From Candidatus Peregrinibacteria bacterium (GTDB lineage: Bacteria > Patescibacteriota > Gracilibacteria > UBA1369 > LOWO2-01-FULL-3): a stretch of 40,829 bases of DNA. Shown piece after piece: positions 16,476-25,528 of this stretch. Within the stretch, counting starts at the first letter, position 1, and every line of letters begins with the position of its first letter. The notes under the pieces are model-generated. The model worked only from the letters and a program-made list of their open reading frames with translations, was not told the origin of the DNA and searched no databases. A program made the position numbers and the translations under genes. The stretch lies in NCBI GenBank assembly GCA_016235895.1, contig JACRIB010000042.1, positions 1 to 40,829 on the forward strand, read 5' to 3'.

Positions 16476-18995
16476 CTAGAATGCCTGTAAAAACAAGTCC
16501 TCCCTGCTTGGTCCTTCAGTCTTTCTCAAAACATCCGTAAACAACCCGTACGGCAAAGATCGCACGGAATAAGCAACTTTATCGGTCCTTTTTAGGCCGC
16601 CGTTTCTGTCTCCCTGCCGCAGCTCTCGCCCTCTCTCGTCGACCAAGAGCGCCTTGGGCCCTCTGCTGTTTGTGGAACACGTCCTTGCTAAATCCGCAGC
16701 CACAAAAGCCATGAAATCCGTGACCGTCTTCCTTTCCTGCCCGCCATCCTCGCCCCTCAAGGCCATCAAAACTCCGGCCGAATCCAAAACTTCATTTTGC
16801 CAATCGCCAAATTTACTAAACCGGGAAAGCTTTTTCGAGCCCAAAAAATCTCGCACACAAATCTCGTTTAAAAAGTCCATGCTGGCGCTTAAAGACTGTA
16901 AAAATTTTTGAACCGCCCTTCCATGCTCCCTGTCAACATGTGCCGTCAAAACATGCGCCATTTCCCGCTCAATAAAATAAATTACCGTACCAAGAGCGAC
17001 CCTGAATTTCATAAAAGCCAAATCATAAGGCTTGGCGCCCGCCAAAAATGGCAATGGCAGCTTCTTTGGGGCTTCAAAGATCAAAGATCTCCAGGCCTCC
17101 AGGGGGTTTCGCGTCCCCTCCGCCGGCTTCAGCCTGACCAATGGCCCATCTCCGATCAAAAACTCCCTTGCCTTAGCTCTCGACCAACCGGAAAAATCAA
17201 TTCTTACGGCTGCGCTTTCAGTCAATTTCAAGTTGGTAAAAAAATCACGAAGCCTTGGATCCTGTATTAAATCGCCACCCAGGTTCAGGGAAACAAATCT
17301 TGCCGGTTCCCCCCCTGCTCTTTCAGAAAATTCCTCAAAAGTTCCATTCACCGGCACGCCGGCCAAGTTTGCAAAAAGGCTTCCCTGTAAACTCTTCGCG
17401 CCTTCATCCTGTTTCACTCCCCCAACAACCATGCCCCCAACCCTCACGCCCATTTCGGCATGAGCCATAAATTCATCCATCAATCTTCCGGCGTCCAGGC
17501 CATAAGCTAAAGCCCTGTCTCCGCAACCGTTAGCAACTCCAGACACCGTGGCAAAACCGTACCAATCAGCCACCCCTGAATCCACCGGCCGCGCGGAAGA
17601 CGCCTTCCCTTTAGCCAAAAACTCTTTAACATCATTAAAATCCCGCCAAACCTGGGCACTGACTACTCGCTGGCCGTTTTCGCCAAAAACACGAGACAAA
17701 ACGCTTATTATGCTTACGTCGCAATTAAAAATACGGGCTAAAACCCTGGCCTGTTCAGTGCTGGCTCCGCCATTGTCGGCGGCAACAAAAAGAGCAAAAA
17801 TCCATTTTCTCTGTTCCGGCGTAATCCTTGGCCTAAAGGAAACGCTTCGGGTTTTAGACCCGTCTAATTCTCCAATCTCAAAGCCATTTTCTCCCGGCTC
17901 CAAAAGTTTAACCAGCCTTCGCGCCTGCTCATCGGAAATTTTTTCATAAACACGCCGGAGTAGTTGCGCTCTAGTTAATTCCTCTAGTTTTGACCCTGCC
18001 TCGGGTTTAGATTTGGGTCTTATTCTCCTTAACGCGGTTTCAAATCTCGTAAATAAGCCATGGAGCCTCTCCGGCAAGGCATCCTTATCTTTTGCAAAGA
18101 GATATTTCAGCCTGTCGATTTTAACAAAATTACAGCCAAAAATGCGGGCCAGCGATCGCTTGGTCTCTGTCAAGTTTCCGGCGGGAGTCGCCTTGAAAAC
18201 TGCATAAATCCAGCCAATCTGATCATGAAAAAATTCGCCTTTCATGTCTGCCGGTTTTTCTTTTAATTGAAACGAGGCTGGATGAAATTGTCTGACCAGG
18301 GCCAGTATCTCTGGACCCTTTATTGCCGCGTAAATTTCCCTTTCCGCAAATCGTTCCAGTTCGCTCTCCGTCCCGGCCCTTTTTTTCGAAAAGTGTTTTG
18401 CCACCTGCCGGCGCACGTCTTCCATTACCCTCGGCACTGTCCCTGCATCTCCAACTTTCAAATCTTCCCTGATTTTGACAAGGGCACTAGCCAAAAAAGC
18501 TTCGCTCATACCGAAAACCTCGGCAAATTTTGGAGCCAAAGCCCCTCCTCTTGTCGCCACCACTTGCGCCAAAACCGTGTCGGCGATCATCGCTTCTTCC
18601 AGCGGATACAGAGCGGGCGCCCTCTCTATTCTGGGCGTTTTTCTCACGGAGGCCACATATTCCGCCAAAACCGATTCCAGTAAACCCATCACGAAGGTAA
18701 TTTGACCGAAATCAAAACCACCCTCTACAAGCTTACGATAAACCTGCAAAATAACCGGTGGCTTTCTCGGCCTATCATAGGTAACCATGTACGCAAGATC
18801 GATGTTCCCAAAAACCTCTCGGGAAAAAATCCGCAAGCCGTCATCGGCCTCCTTGCCAAACACGGTAGGGTGAAGATCCCTAATTTTTCGATCAAGTGCT
18901 TGTCCAAGCACCATGGCGACGCTTTCTCTTCCGGCCTCTGGTGTATGATTTATGCCCACAAAAAAAATTACAGGGGCCAATTCTAACATCGGCAT
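16476..18995 (-). CDS. Hypothetical 839-aa protein with duplicated HTH-like modules
   Basis: Uninterrupted 2.5-kb ORF lying 21 nt downstream of the mfd stop on the same strand. There is an internal duplication: aa 258-300 DQIGWIYAVFKATPAGNLTETKRSLARIFGCNFVKIDRLKYLF versus aa 394-437 EQRKWIFALFVAADNGGASTEQARVLARIFNCDVSIISVLSRVF. I recognise no known family. Confidence 0.75.
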   Translation of the reverse strand: MPMLELAPVIFFVGINHTPEAGRESVAMVLGQALDRKIRDLHPTVFGKEADDGLRIFSREVFGNIDLAYMVTYDRPRKPPVILQVYRKLVEGGFDFGQITFVMGLLESVLAEYVASVRKTPRIERAPALYPLEEAMIADTVLAQVVATRGGALAPKFAEVFGMSEAFLASALVKIREDLKVGDAGTVPRVMEDVRRQVAKHFSKKRAGTESELERFAEREIYAAIKGPEILALVRQFHPASFQLKEKPADMKGEFFHDQIGWIYAVFKATPAGNLTETKRSLARIFGCNFVKIDRLKYLFAKDKDALPERLHGLFTRFETALRRIRPKSKPEAGSKLEELTRAQLLRRVYEKISDEQARRLVKLLEPGENGFEIGELDGSKTRSVSFRPRITPEQRKWIFALFVAADNGGASTEQARVLARIFNCDVSIISVLSRVFGENGQRVVSAQVWRDFNDVKEFLAKGKASSARPVDSGVADWYGFATVSGVANGCGDRALAYGLDAGRLMDEFMAHAEMGVRVGGMVVGGVKQDEGAKSLQGSLFANLAGVPVNGTFEEFSERAGGEPARFVSLNLGGDLIQDPRLRDFFTNLKLTESAAVRIDFSGWSRAKAREFLIGDGPLVRLKPAEGTRNPLEAWRSLIFEAPKKLPLPFLAGAKPYDLAFMKFRVALGTVIYFIEREMAHVLTAHVDREHGRAVQKFLQSLSASMDFLNEICVRDFLGSKKLSRFSKFGDWQNEVLDSAGVLMALRGEDGGQERKTVTDFMAFVAADLARTCSTNSRGPKALLVDERGRELRQGDRNGGLKRTDKVAYSVRSLPYGLFTDVLRKTEGPSREDLFLQAF

Positions 18996-19016
18996 GATCT
19001 CGACACAAGGCTCGTT

Positions 19017-22000
19017 TCAGGGCTGTCTGACGCCGCGCTTGGCCTTCTCCGCCAGCTTCTCAACATTTTTAATCAGCTCCGGAAACCAAGCGTAACCAAG
19101 TTCTTTCACGTTCACCCTCATTCTGGTGCCAACAATTTGCCATTTCGAATTATATTCCAGCATGTTAACAATGTTCGCCGGCTTCACTTTTCCGGACATC
19201 TGCAAAACAATATCTTTTTCCTCGCTCATCGGCACCGACTCCGCCTTGATGTTCAAAAGCCCCGCTTTTTTCGCCACAATTTTTAGTTTAATAATCATGA
19301 ACAAATTATCCACTTCTTTTGGAATTCGACCGTAGTCCTCCATTAAATCTTTATGGATTTCCTCAAGGTAGTCCGGTGTATCCGCGGACGAAAGCCTCTG
19401 GTAAGCATTGATTTTGTCCTTCGGCGCAGGAATGTACGAATCCGGAATATAGGCCGGGACCGGCAATTCGATAGAAACATCGGAAATTTCCTCTTCGCCC
19501 TCCATCACCCGTCCGGCCTTCAGGTCTTCCACGGCCTTATTTAACATTCTCATAAAATGCGCCACGCCCACCACGTTAATCACGCCGTGCTGATTGGCGC
19601 CGAGAATGTCTCCCGCTCCGCGAATTTCCAAATCCTTCATGGCAATTTGGAAACCGCTTCCAAGATCACTGGCCTCCACGATTGCACGCAGCCTCTTTTT
19701 TGCGTCCATCTTCAGTCTTTGTCCATGATACAGGAAATAGGCATACGCCTGACGTTTTCCACGCCCTACGCGTCCTCGTAATTGATACAACTGTGCCAGT
19801 CCGAATTTTTCCGCATTATTCACTATCAATGTATTCGCATTCGCCAAATCAATTCCGTTTTCGATAATCGTAGAACTCACCAAAACGTCAAATTTATGCT
19901 CGGTAAAAGCCATAATTCTATCTTCCAGGTCTCCGCTCCCAAGTTTTCCGTGGGCCACGCCGACCCGCGCCTCCGGCACCAAAGCCCGCAAGCTCTCGGC
20001 AAAACCGTCAATGGTCTGCACGCGATTATGCAAAAAATAGATCTGTCCGCCACGCTCGATTTCCCGCATGATCGCCTCTCTCACCAGGCTCGGCGAATAT
20101 TTTCGCACCTCTGTGATAATAGGCAAGCGTCCAAACGGAGGGGTGGTAATCGTGGTAATGTCGCGCAATTTATTTAAACAAATATTTAACGTCCTTGGAA
20201 TCGGCGTCGCCGTCAGCGTCAGCACGTCCACCTCTTTTCTCATTTCCTTCAACTTTTCCTTTTGCTTCACGCCAAACCTCTGTTCCTCGTCAATAATAAC
20301 CAATCCAAGATTTTTAAATTTAATATCCGGCTGAATTAAGCGGTGCGTTCCCACAATAATATCCACCTCCCCTTTGCCAAGTTTTTCCACAATTTCTTTC
20401 TGCTCTTTTTGCGACTTAAAACGACTAAGCATGTCCACCCTCACGTTAAATTCCTCCATCCTTTTTTTAAAAGACTTGTAGTGCTGATCGGCCAAAATCG
20501 TAATCGGTGAAATTAGCGCCACCTGTTTGCCGCCCTGTACGGCCTTAAACGCCGCCCTCATCGCCACCTCTGTTTTGCCAAAACCCACGTCTCCGCAAAT
20601 CAGCCTATCCATCGGCTCGCCGCTCTCCATGTCTTTTTTGGTGTCCAGTATCGCTTTTATTTGCCCGGGCGTCTCTTCGTACGGAAAAGTTTTTTCGAAT
20701 TTGTCCTGCAGGTCGTTGTCCGGCTTAAAGGCGAATCCTTTCGCCGCGCGTCTTTCGGCATACAGCTTAAGTAGTTCCTTGGCTATCTTTTGTGTTTCCT
20801 TTTTAACCTTGCTGGTGATAGTGTTCCATTCGGCGCTTCCAAGTCTTGTCAACTTGGGCATCAAGTCCTCCGAGCCAATGTATTTATTCACCTTGTCGGC
20901 CTGATCGATCGGCACAAACAGCTTGTCGTTTTCGGCATAACCAAGCTTTAAATACTCCTTGGTGATTCCGTCCACCGTCTTCTTGTCCAACCCTATGAAT
21001 TTAGCGATTCCGTGATCGGCGTGCACGACATAGTCGCCAAATTTCAAGCTTGTCAAAAAGTCGTCAAAAATATTTTTGTCCACGTGTTTTTTCTTCTCAT
21101 CTCTTAAAAAGGAAACATCTACGTCGGTAAGCAGGTTTATTTTTTGCGCCGGGGCCTGAAAAGACTGGGGGAAAACGTCTTCTTTGTCCACGCTAATCAA
21201 AAACACCGAGGCTTTTTCAAAATTTTCAGTGCTTATCCCCTCCACAAATGGCACATTTTGATCTTTAAAAAGCGCAGTAATCTCGCTGATGTTTTTTGTA
21301 AAAAACATTGTCTTCCAGCCGGCACTTATTTTGTCGCGAATGTCGTTGGCAAAATCATAGGCGGTGCGATACTTTAGCACTGACAAAAAATGCAGATGAA
21401 TGTGGTTTTCGACGTCGTCGTTAAAAGAAGAAAAAGACAATGTCTGGTTTTTCTCGGCAGCGTCTTCCATAAAGGCATTCCAGGCCCCGTAATGCTCGTC
21501 TATCACATCCACTTCGTCGTCAAGCACCAGCCCCTTACGGCCAAACAACGCTAATAGATTGCCGGTTTCCGCTTCGTGCTCCACCGGAAAAACTTCCAGA
21601 GTCTTTGTTTTTTTCCCGAAAATTTCTATCGACTCCACTCTGTCAAAACCAATATCAACCCTGGCCTCATCTTCGATATTAATGGGCTTAATACTAATAC
21701 TGTCGCCTACTTTGTGATACTGCCCCTTTTTTAAATCTTTATCGTCCGCCATCTCGTAGCCACAGGCCACCAGCCTCTCTATAAACTCAACGATGTCTAC
21801 TTTGTCGCCACCCCTGATTTCTATTTTGTTTTTCAAAAGCTCGCCAATGTCGGGAAAATTTTGCAATAAAGAGGGAATGTCTATAATAAAAATTGCCCCC
21901 TTGTTTGTATATATCCTGGAAACAAATTCAACTTTCTCTTTGTTGCGCGTCTCGTTAAATTCGCGCATAGTGGGAAAGCTGGCAAATTCTTCGTCTGGTC

Positions 22001-22256
22001 TTTTTTTATAAATAAAAACCTTGGCCTCGCCCCAGGCCTCTAAGGATTTTTTTACAAAATTTTGTTCGCCCTCCTCGGAAACTATCCATAAAACATTGTT
22101 TATGTTTTCGTGGTTTTCCCGAAAAACGCTGCTCAAAATCATGGCCTTGGCAGAGGCGTTGCCGGAACCGGAAATTACAATATTTTTATTTTTCCTAAAA
22201 AGTTCGGTTACGTCTTTTAACGTACTTCTGGGAAAATACGAAATTATATTCCGCAT
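19017..22256 (-). CDS. mfd: Transcription-repair coupling factor
   Basis: RNAP-interacting/CarD-like block GDYVVHADHGIAKFIG. Helicase motifs GDVGFGKTEVA, DEEQRFGV, TATPIPRT and QLRGRVGR. Length is 1079 aa. Confidence 0.95.
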   Translation of the reverse strand: MRNIISYFPRSTLKDVTELFRKNKNIVISGSGNASAKAMILSSVFRENHENINNVLWIVSEEGEQNFVKKSLEAWGEAKVFIYKKRPDEEFASFPTMREFNETRNKEKVEFVSRIYTNKGAIFIIDIPSLLQNFPDIGELLKNKIEIRGGDKVDIVEFIERLVACGYEMADDKDLKKGQYHKVGDSISIKPINIEDEARVDIGFDRVESIEIFGKKTKTLEVFPVEHEAETGNLLALFGRKGLVLDDEVDVIDEHYGAWNAFMEDAAEKNQTLSFSSFNDDVENHIHLHFLSVLKYRTAYDFANDIRDKISAGWKTMFFTKNISEITALFKDQNVPFVEGISTENFEKASVFLISVDKEDVFPQSFQAPAQKINLLTDVDVSFLRDEKKKHVDKNIFDDFLTSLKFGDYVVHADHGIAKFIGLDKKTVDGITKEYLKLGYAENDKLFVPIDQADKVNKYIGSEDLMPKLTRLGSAEWNTITSKVKKETQKIAKELLKLYAERRAAKGFAFKPDNDLQDKFEKTFPYEETPGQIKAILDTKKDMESGEPMDRLICGDVGFGKTEVAMRAAFKAVQGGKQVALISPITILADQHYKSFKKRMEEFNVRVDMLSRFKSQKEQKEIVEKLGKGEVDIIVGTHRLIQPDIKFKNLGLVIIDEEQRFGVKQKEKLKEMRKEVDVLTLTATPIPRTLNICLNKLRDITTITTPPFGRLPIITEVRKYSPSLVREAIMREIERGGQIYFLHNRVQTIDGFAESLRALVPEARVGVAHGKLGSGDLEDRIMAFTEHKFDVLVSSTIIENGIDLANANTLIVNNAEKFGLAQLYQLRGRVGRGKRQAYAYFLYHGQRLKMDAKKRLRAIVEASDLGSGFQIAMKDLEIRGAGDILGANQHGVINVVGVAHFMRMLNKAVEDLKAGRVMEGEEEISDVSIELPVPAYIPDSYIPAPKDKINAYQRLSSADTPDYLEEIHKDLMEDYGRIPKEVDNLFMIIKLKIVAKKAGLLNIKAESVPMSEEKDIVLQMSGKVKPANIVNMLEYNSKWQIVGTRMRVNVKELGYAWFPELIKNVEKLAEKAKRGVRQP

Positions 22257-22273
22257 AAAAAAATTATTTCTGC

Positions 22274-23380
22274 TTAAATTTTCAACGGCATGATGATATA
22301 AACATAGTCATCTTCTTTTACCGGTTTAATCATTGCCGGCGAAGCCTTGTCGTTAACAATTATGTTAACCTTGTCGTCTGTTATATACGTCAAGACGTCT
22401 AAAAGGTATTGAGCGTTAAGGGAAATTTTATTGTTCTCGCCCTCTATTTTAATCGAAACCTCGGCTTTTTCTTCTCCCACCTTTGTCTCCTCGGAAGAAA
22501 TTAAAAGCTTGCCGTCGTGGGTGGCGCTTAGTTTAATGCTATTATTGTTCTCTCTGGCAAAAAGGCTCACCCTTTTCAAAACCAGCGAAAGGTCCTCTAC
22601 GGAAACCTCTATTTTTGTCTTACTTTCTTTTGGAATAATTTTTTCATAATCCGGGAATTTGCCCTCGATCAGCCTAGAAATAAGCTCAACGCCATCTACG
22701 GTGAAAAGTGCTTGATTCTTAGAAATGTTGACCTTGGCTTCTTTTCCTTGGGCCTTGCCTATAATCTTAGACAACTCAATCATTGTTTTAGCGGGGACGA
22801 TACAAGAAAACTGCTCGTCTGGGGGTTTAAGTGTGTCCATCGTCTTTTCGGCCAACCTATAACTGTCTGTTGCCACCAGTTTTATTTTTTTCTCGTGGGT
22901 TGTTAATAAAACCCCGGACAAAACCGGCCGCGAAGTGTTTAAAGATGAAGCGAAAACTGTTTCTGTTAAAGAGTCGTACAGTTCGTTAATTTTAACGGTA
23001 AAGGTTTGTCCTTTTTCTACTTTTGGAATTAATGGAAACTCGTCTGCGCTTATACATTTAACCTTGGTGCTAGAACTGGAAGAATTAATTGATAAACTTA
23101 CCCCCTCGGACACACCAAGCTCGACTTTTTCGTCCGTTAACAGGGCTAAATAACTACCAATAAGTTTTGCGGGAGCTGTTATACTCCCTTCGCTCCTAAC
23201 GTCGGCATCGATTACGCAACTTATCGCTATTTCAAGATTAGTGGAAGAAAAATAAAGCTTTTTCCCTTCGGCTTTTATTAAAATATTATTAAGAACCGGC
23301 AGTGTATTGTTTGGGCTGATCGCCCTGCTTACAATATCAACGGCGTAATTTAAATCACCTCGTGAACAAAAAAGTTTCAT
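22274..23380 (-). CDS. dnaN: DNA polymerase III beta sliding clamp
   Basis: The N-terminus ..L..AV..VSRAISPNNTLPVLNNILIKAEGKKLYFSSTNLEIAI and the three-domain length (368 aa) are typical. The sampled stretch is about 39% GC (hand count). Confidence 0.9.
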   Translation of the reverse strand: MKLFCSRGDLNYAVDIVSRAISPNNTLPVLNNILIKAEGKKLYFSSTNLEIAISCVIDADVRSEGSITAPAKLIGSYLALLTDEKVELGVSEGVSLSINSSSSSTKVKCISADEFPLIPKVEKGQTFTVKINELYDSLTETVFASSLNTSRPVLSGVLLTTHEKKIKLVATDSYRLAEKTMDTLKPPDEQFSCIVPAKTMIELSKIIGKAQGKEAKVNISKNQALFTVDGVELISRLIEGKFPDYEKIIPKESKTKIEVSVEDLSLVLKRVSLFARENNNSIKLSATHDGKLLISSEETKVGEEKAEVSIKIEGENNKISLNAQYLLDVLTYITDDKVNIIVNDKASPAMIKPVKEDDYVYIIMPLKI

Positions 23381-23680
23381 ATATTTATCTATTTAAAGGC
23401 CCACGCCTATTATATGGATAATCAAAACCCTAGCAATACCATTTATAAAAAATATAATATATATTAAGATTGTAGTTGTTATAGGTCTTTACTTTTAAAG
23501 AAAAAAAGGTTTAAACACTTTTACTAAAAAAGGAGCATTAAAAGAGAAAAAAACAAAAAACCTCAAAACAAAACACATAAAAAATAAAAATTTGTGCAAA
23601 AAGTGTTTAAAAAACGTTTAAAATAGGCTACCTTGTTATAGAAAGGAACAAAGTGCTTTATAAATTTTTGATAATAAATC

Positions 23681-25210
23681 ATGATAAACATCATCTATCT
23701 CTTTGTGGGACTGGCGACCGGCGGTTTTATCAGCCTGGTAGCCCTAAAAAGAATGAAATTCTTCGATATTGAAAAAAACAAAAAAACAGCCGAAGAAATG
23801 ATTAACAAAAGCAAAGAAGACTCCCGGGAAATCATAAACGAAACTAAAAACAACATTGAAAACCGCGCAAGCGCTTTAAGGCAGGAATCTCTAAAAAAAG
23901 AAGAACGCCTAAACAAGGCGGAAACAACACTAAAGAACAAGGAGGAGATGATTAAAAAAAGAGAGGAAAGAAACAATGAAACACGGCTTAGGGCGGCCAC
24001 ATACTCCGAGGAACTCAACACGCTTCAATTAAGGATTAAAAATGTGGAAAAAGATACTCTGCAAAAATTGACACAAAAAACCGGAATTTCCACAGGCGAG
24101 ATGAAGAAAAAAACCATCGAAAAATATCAAAAAGAACTAAACGAGGAGGGCACAGAAAGGCTGATAAAAAACGAAGAATGGGCAAAAGAAAACGCCGAAA
24201 AAATAGCGCGAAAAATTATAATCAACGTCCTGCAACGCCTTTGTTCGCCCACCTCTGTCGAAACCAGGGCGATAAACGTAATTGTGCCCAAAGACCACGT
24301 TAAGGGGAAAATTGTCGGCAGAAACGGGGAAAATATTAAAGAATTCGAACGACTGCTTGAGGTAGACGTCGTTTTCAACGATTTACCAAACACTATCAGT
24401 ATTTCAGCATTTCAGCTGGTAAAAAGAAGGGTGGCGCAAAAGGCCATGGAGAAGCTGACAAATTATCGCGGAGACATTAATAAACAGGTAGTTCAAAAAG
24501 CAGTCCAGTCCGCCGAGAGAGAAACAGACGACGAGCTTTATGAAATAGGAAAAAAAGCCGTGGAAAAAATGCAAATAAAACATGCAGACAAGGAGTTTTT
24601 AAGAATAGTCGGGCGCCTTCAATACCGCACCAGCTACGGCCAAAACATCATGAAACACTCCATGGAGGTTGGCTGGCTTGCAGCCATGATTGGCAGCGAA
24701 CTGGGCCTAAACGTCACCACCTGTAAAGTTGGCGGATTCCTGCACGACCTCGGCAAAGCCATAGATCAAGACCCAAACGTAAAAGATACACACGATCAAC
24801 TTTCCAAAGAAATTATGGAAAAATTCGGCTTCTCCTGGGAAGAAGTTCACGCCGCCTGGACGCATCACGACGCCATTCCTCAAGAAACAGCCGAAGCAAT
24901 GATCGTAAAAGCCGCCGACGCCATTTCCGCCAGCAGACCGGGAGCCAGACAAGAATCTTTTGACAAATATATTGAAAGAATCCGCCTGCTGGAAGAAACC
25001 GGAAGCTCTTTTGAAGGGGTAGAAGGCGCCTTCGCCATCTCCGCCGGCAGAGAGTTGCGCATCATTGTTGATCCGGATATTATAGGAGATGAACGGGCCC
25101 GCCCAATGGCTAAGAGCATCGCCCAAAAAATAGAAGAAGAAGTCACCTACCCGGGACAAATAAAAGTAAACGTAATCCGCAAAACCAAACACACCGAAAT
25201 TACACAATAG
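23681..25210 (+). CDS. rny: Ribonuclease Y
   Basis: N-terminal TM helix, Lys/Glu-rich coiled coil, KH domain (KGKIVGRNGENIKEFERLLEVDV) and HD domain (GFLHDLGKA, THHD). Confidence 0.92.
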   Translation: MINIIYLFVGLATGGFISLVALKRMKFFDIEKNKKTAEEMINKSKEDSREIINETKNNIENRASALRQESLKKEERLNKAETTLKNKEEMIKKREERNNETRLRAATYSEELNTLQLRIKNVEKDTLQKLTQKTGISTGEMKKKTIEKYQKELNEEGTERLIKNEEWAKENAEKIARKIIINVLQRLCSPTSVETRAINVIVPKDHVKGKIVGRNGENIKEFERLLEVDVVFNDLPNTISISAFQLVKRRVAQKAMEKLTNYRGDINKQVVQKAVQSAERETDDELYEIGKKAVEKMQIKHADKEFLRIVGRLQYRTSYGQNIMKHSMEVGWLAAMIGSELGLNVTTCKVGGFLHDLGKAIDQDPNVKDTHDQLSKEIMEKFGFSWEEVHAAWTHHDAIPQETAEAMIVKAADAISASRPGARQESFDKYIERIRLLEETGSSFEGVEGAFAISAGRELRIIVDPDIIGDERARPMAKSIAQKIEEEVTYPGQIKVNVIRKTKHTEITQ

Positions 25211-25216
25211 CTCTAT

Positions 25217-25525
25217 ATGGAAAACAACGAACCGCCCAAGAAAAAACACGCTTTGGACAAAATTCTTATGGGAGCCGTAATTGGCGGCGCCATCGGCTCG
25301 GTTATCGGAGCCACTATTGCGCCAAAAAAAGGCAAAGAAACCAGAAAAGAAATAATCGAAACCGTAAAAAACACTGGCAAAAATTCAAAAAAATTCTTCC
25401 AAAAACTGAAGGAATTTTTCTCTTTTAAGAAAAAAAGGGAAACGGAAACAGGCCATGAACGGTCTTCAATTAAAAAAATTCCCACGGAAGAAATCGCTAA
25501 GGCTAAGACTCCAGACCGAGAATGA
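25217..25525 (+). CDS. YtxH-like small membrane/stress protein
   Basis: GAVIGGAIGSVIGATIAPKKGKETRKEI is followed by a Lys-rich helical tail, which is the typical YtxH pattern. It sits between rny and the VanW gene on the same strand. Confidence 0.6.
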   Translation: MENNEPPKKKHALDKILMGAVIGGAIGSVIGATIAPKKGKETRKEIIETVKNTGKNSKKFFQKLKEFFSFKKKRETETGHERSSIKKIPTEEIAKAKTPDRE

Positions 25526-25528
25526 ACC

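Noticed and set aside
16115-16490. Four overlapping 67-86-aa ORFs lie on both strands in the mfd-side intergenic region.
   Set aside because: They coincide with the tmRNA gene. One of them simply contains the tag reading frame (..ANREGMVRPAFAFAA).
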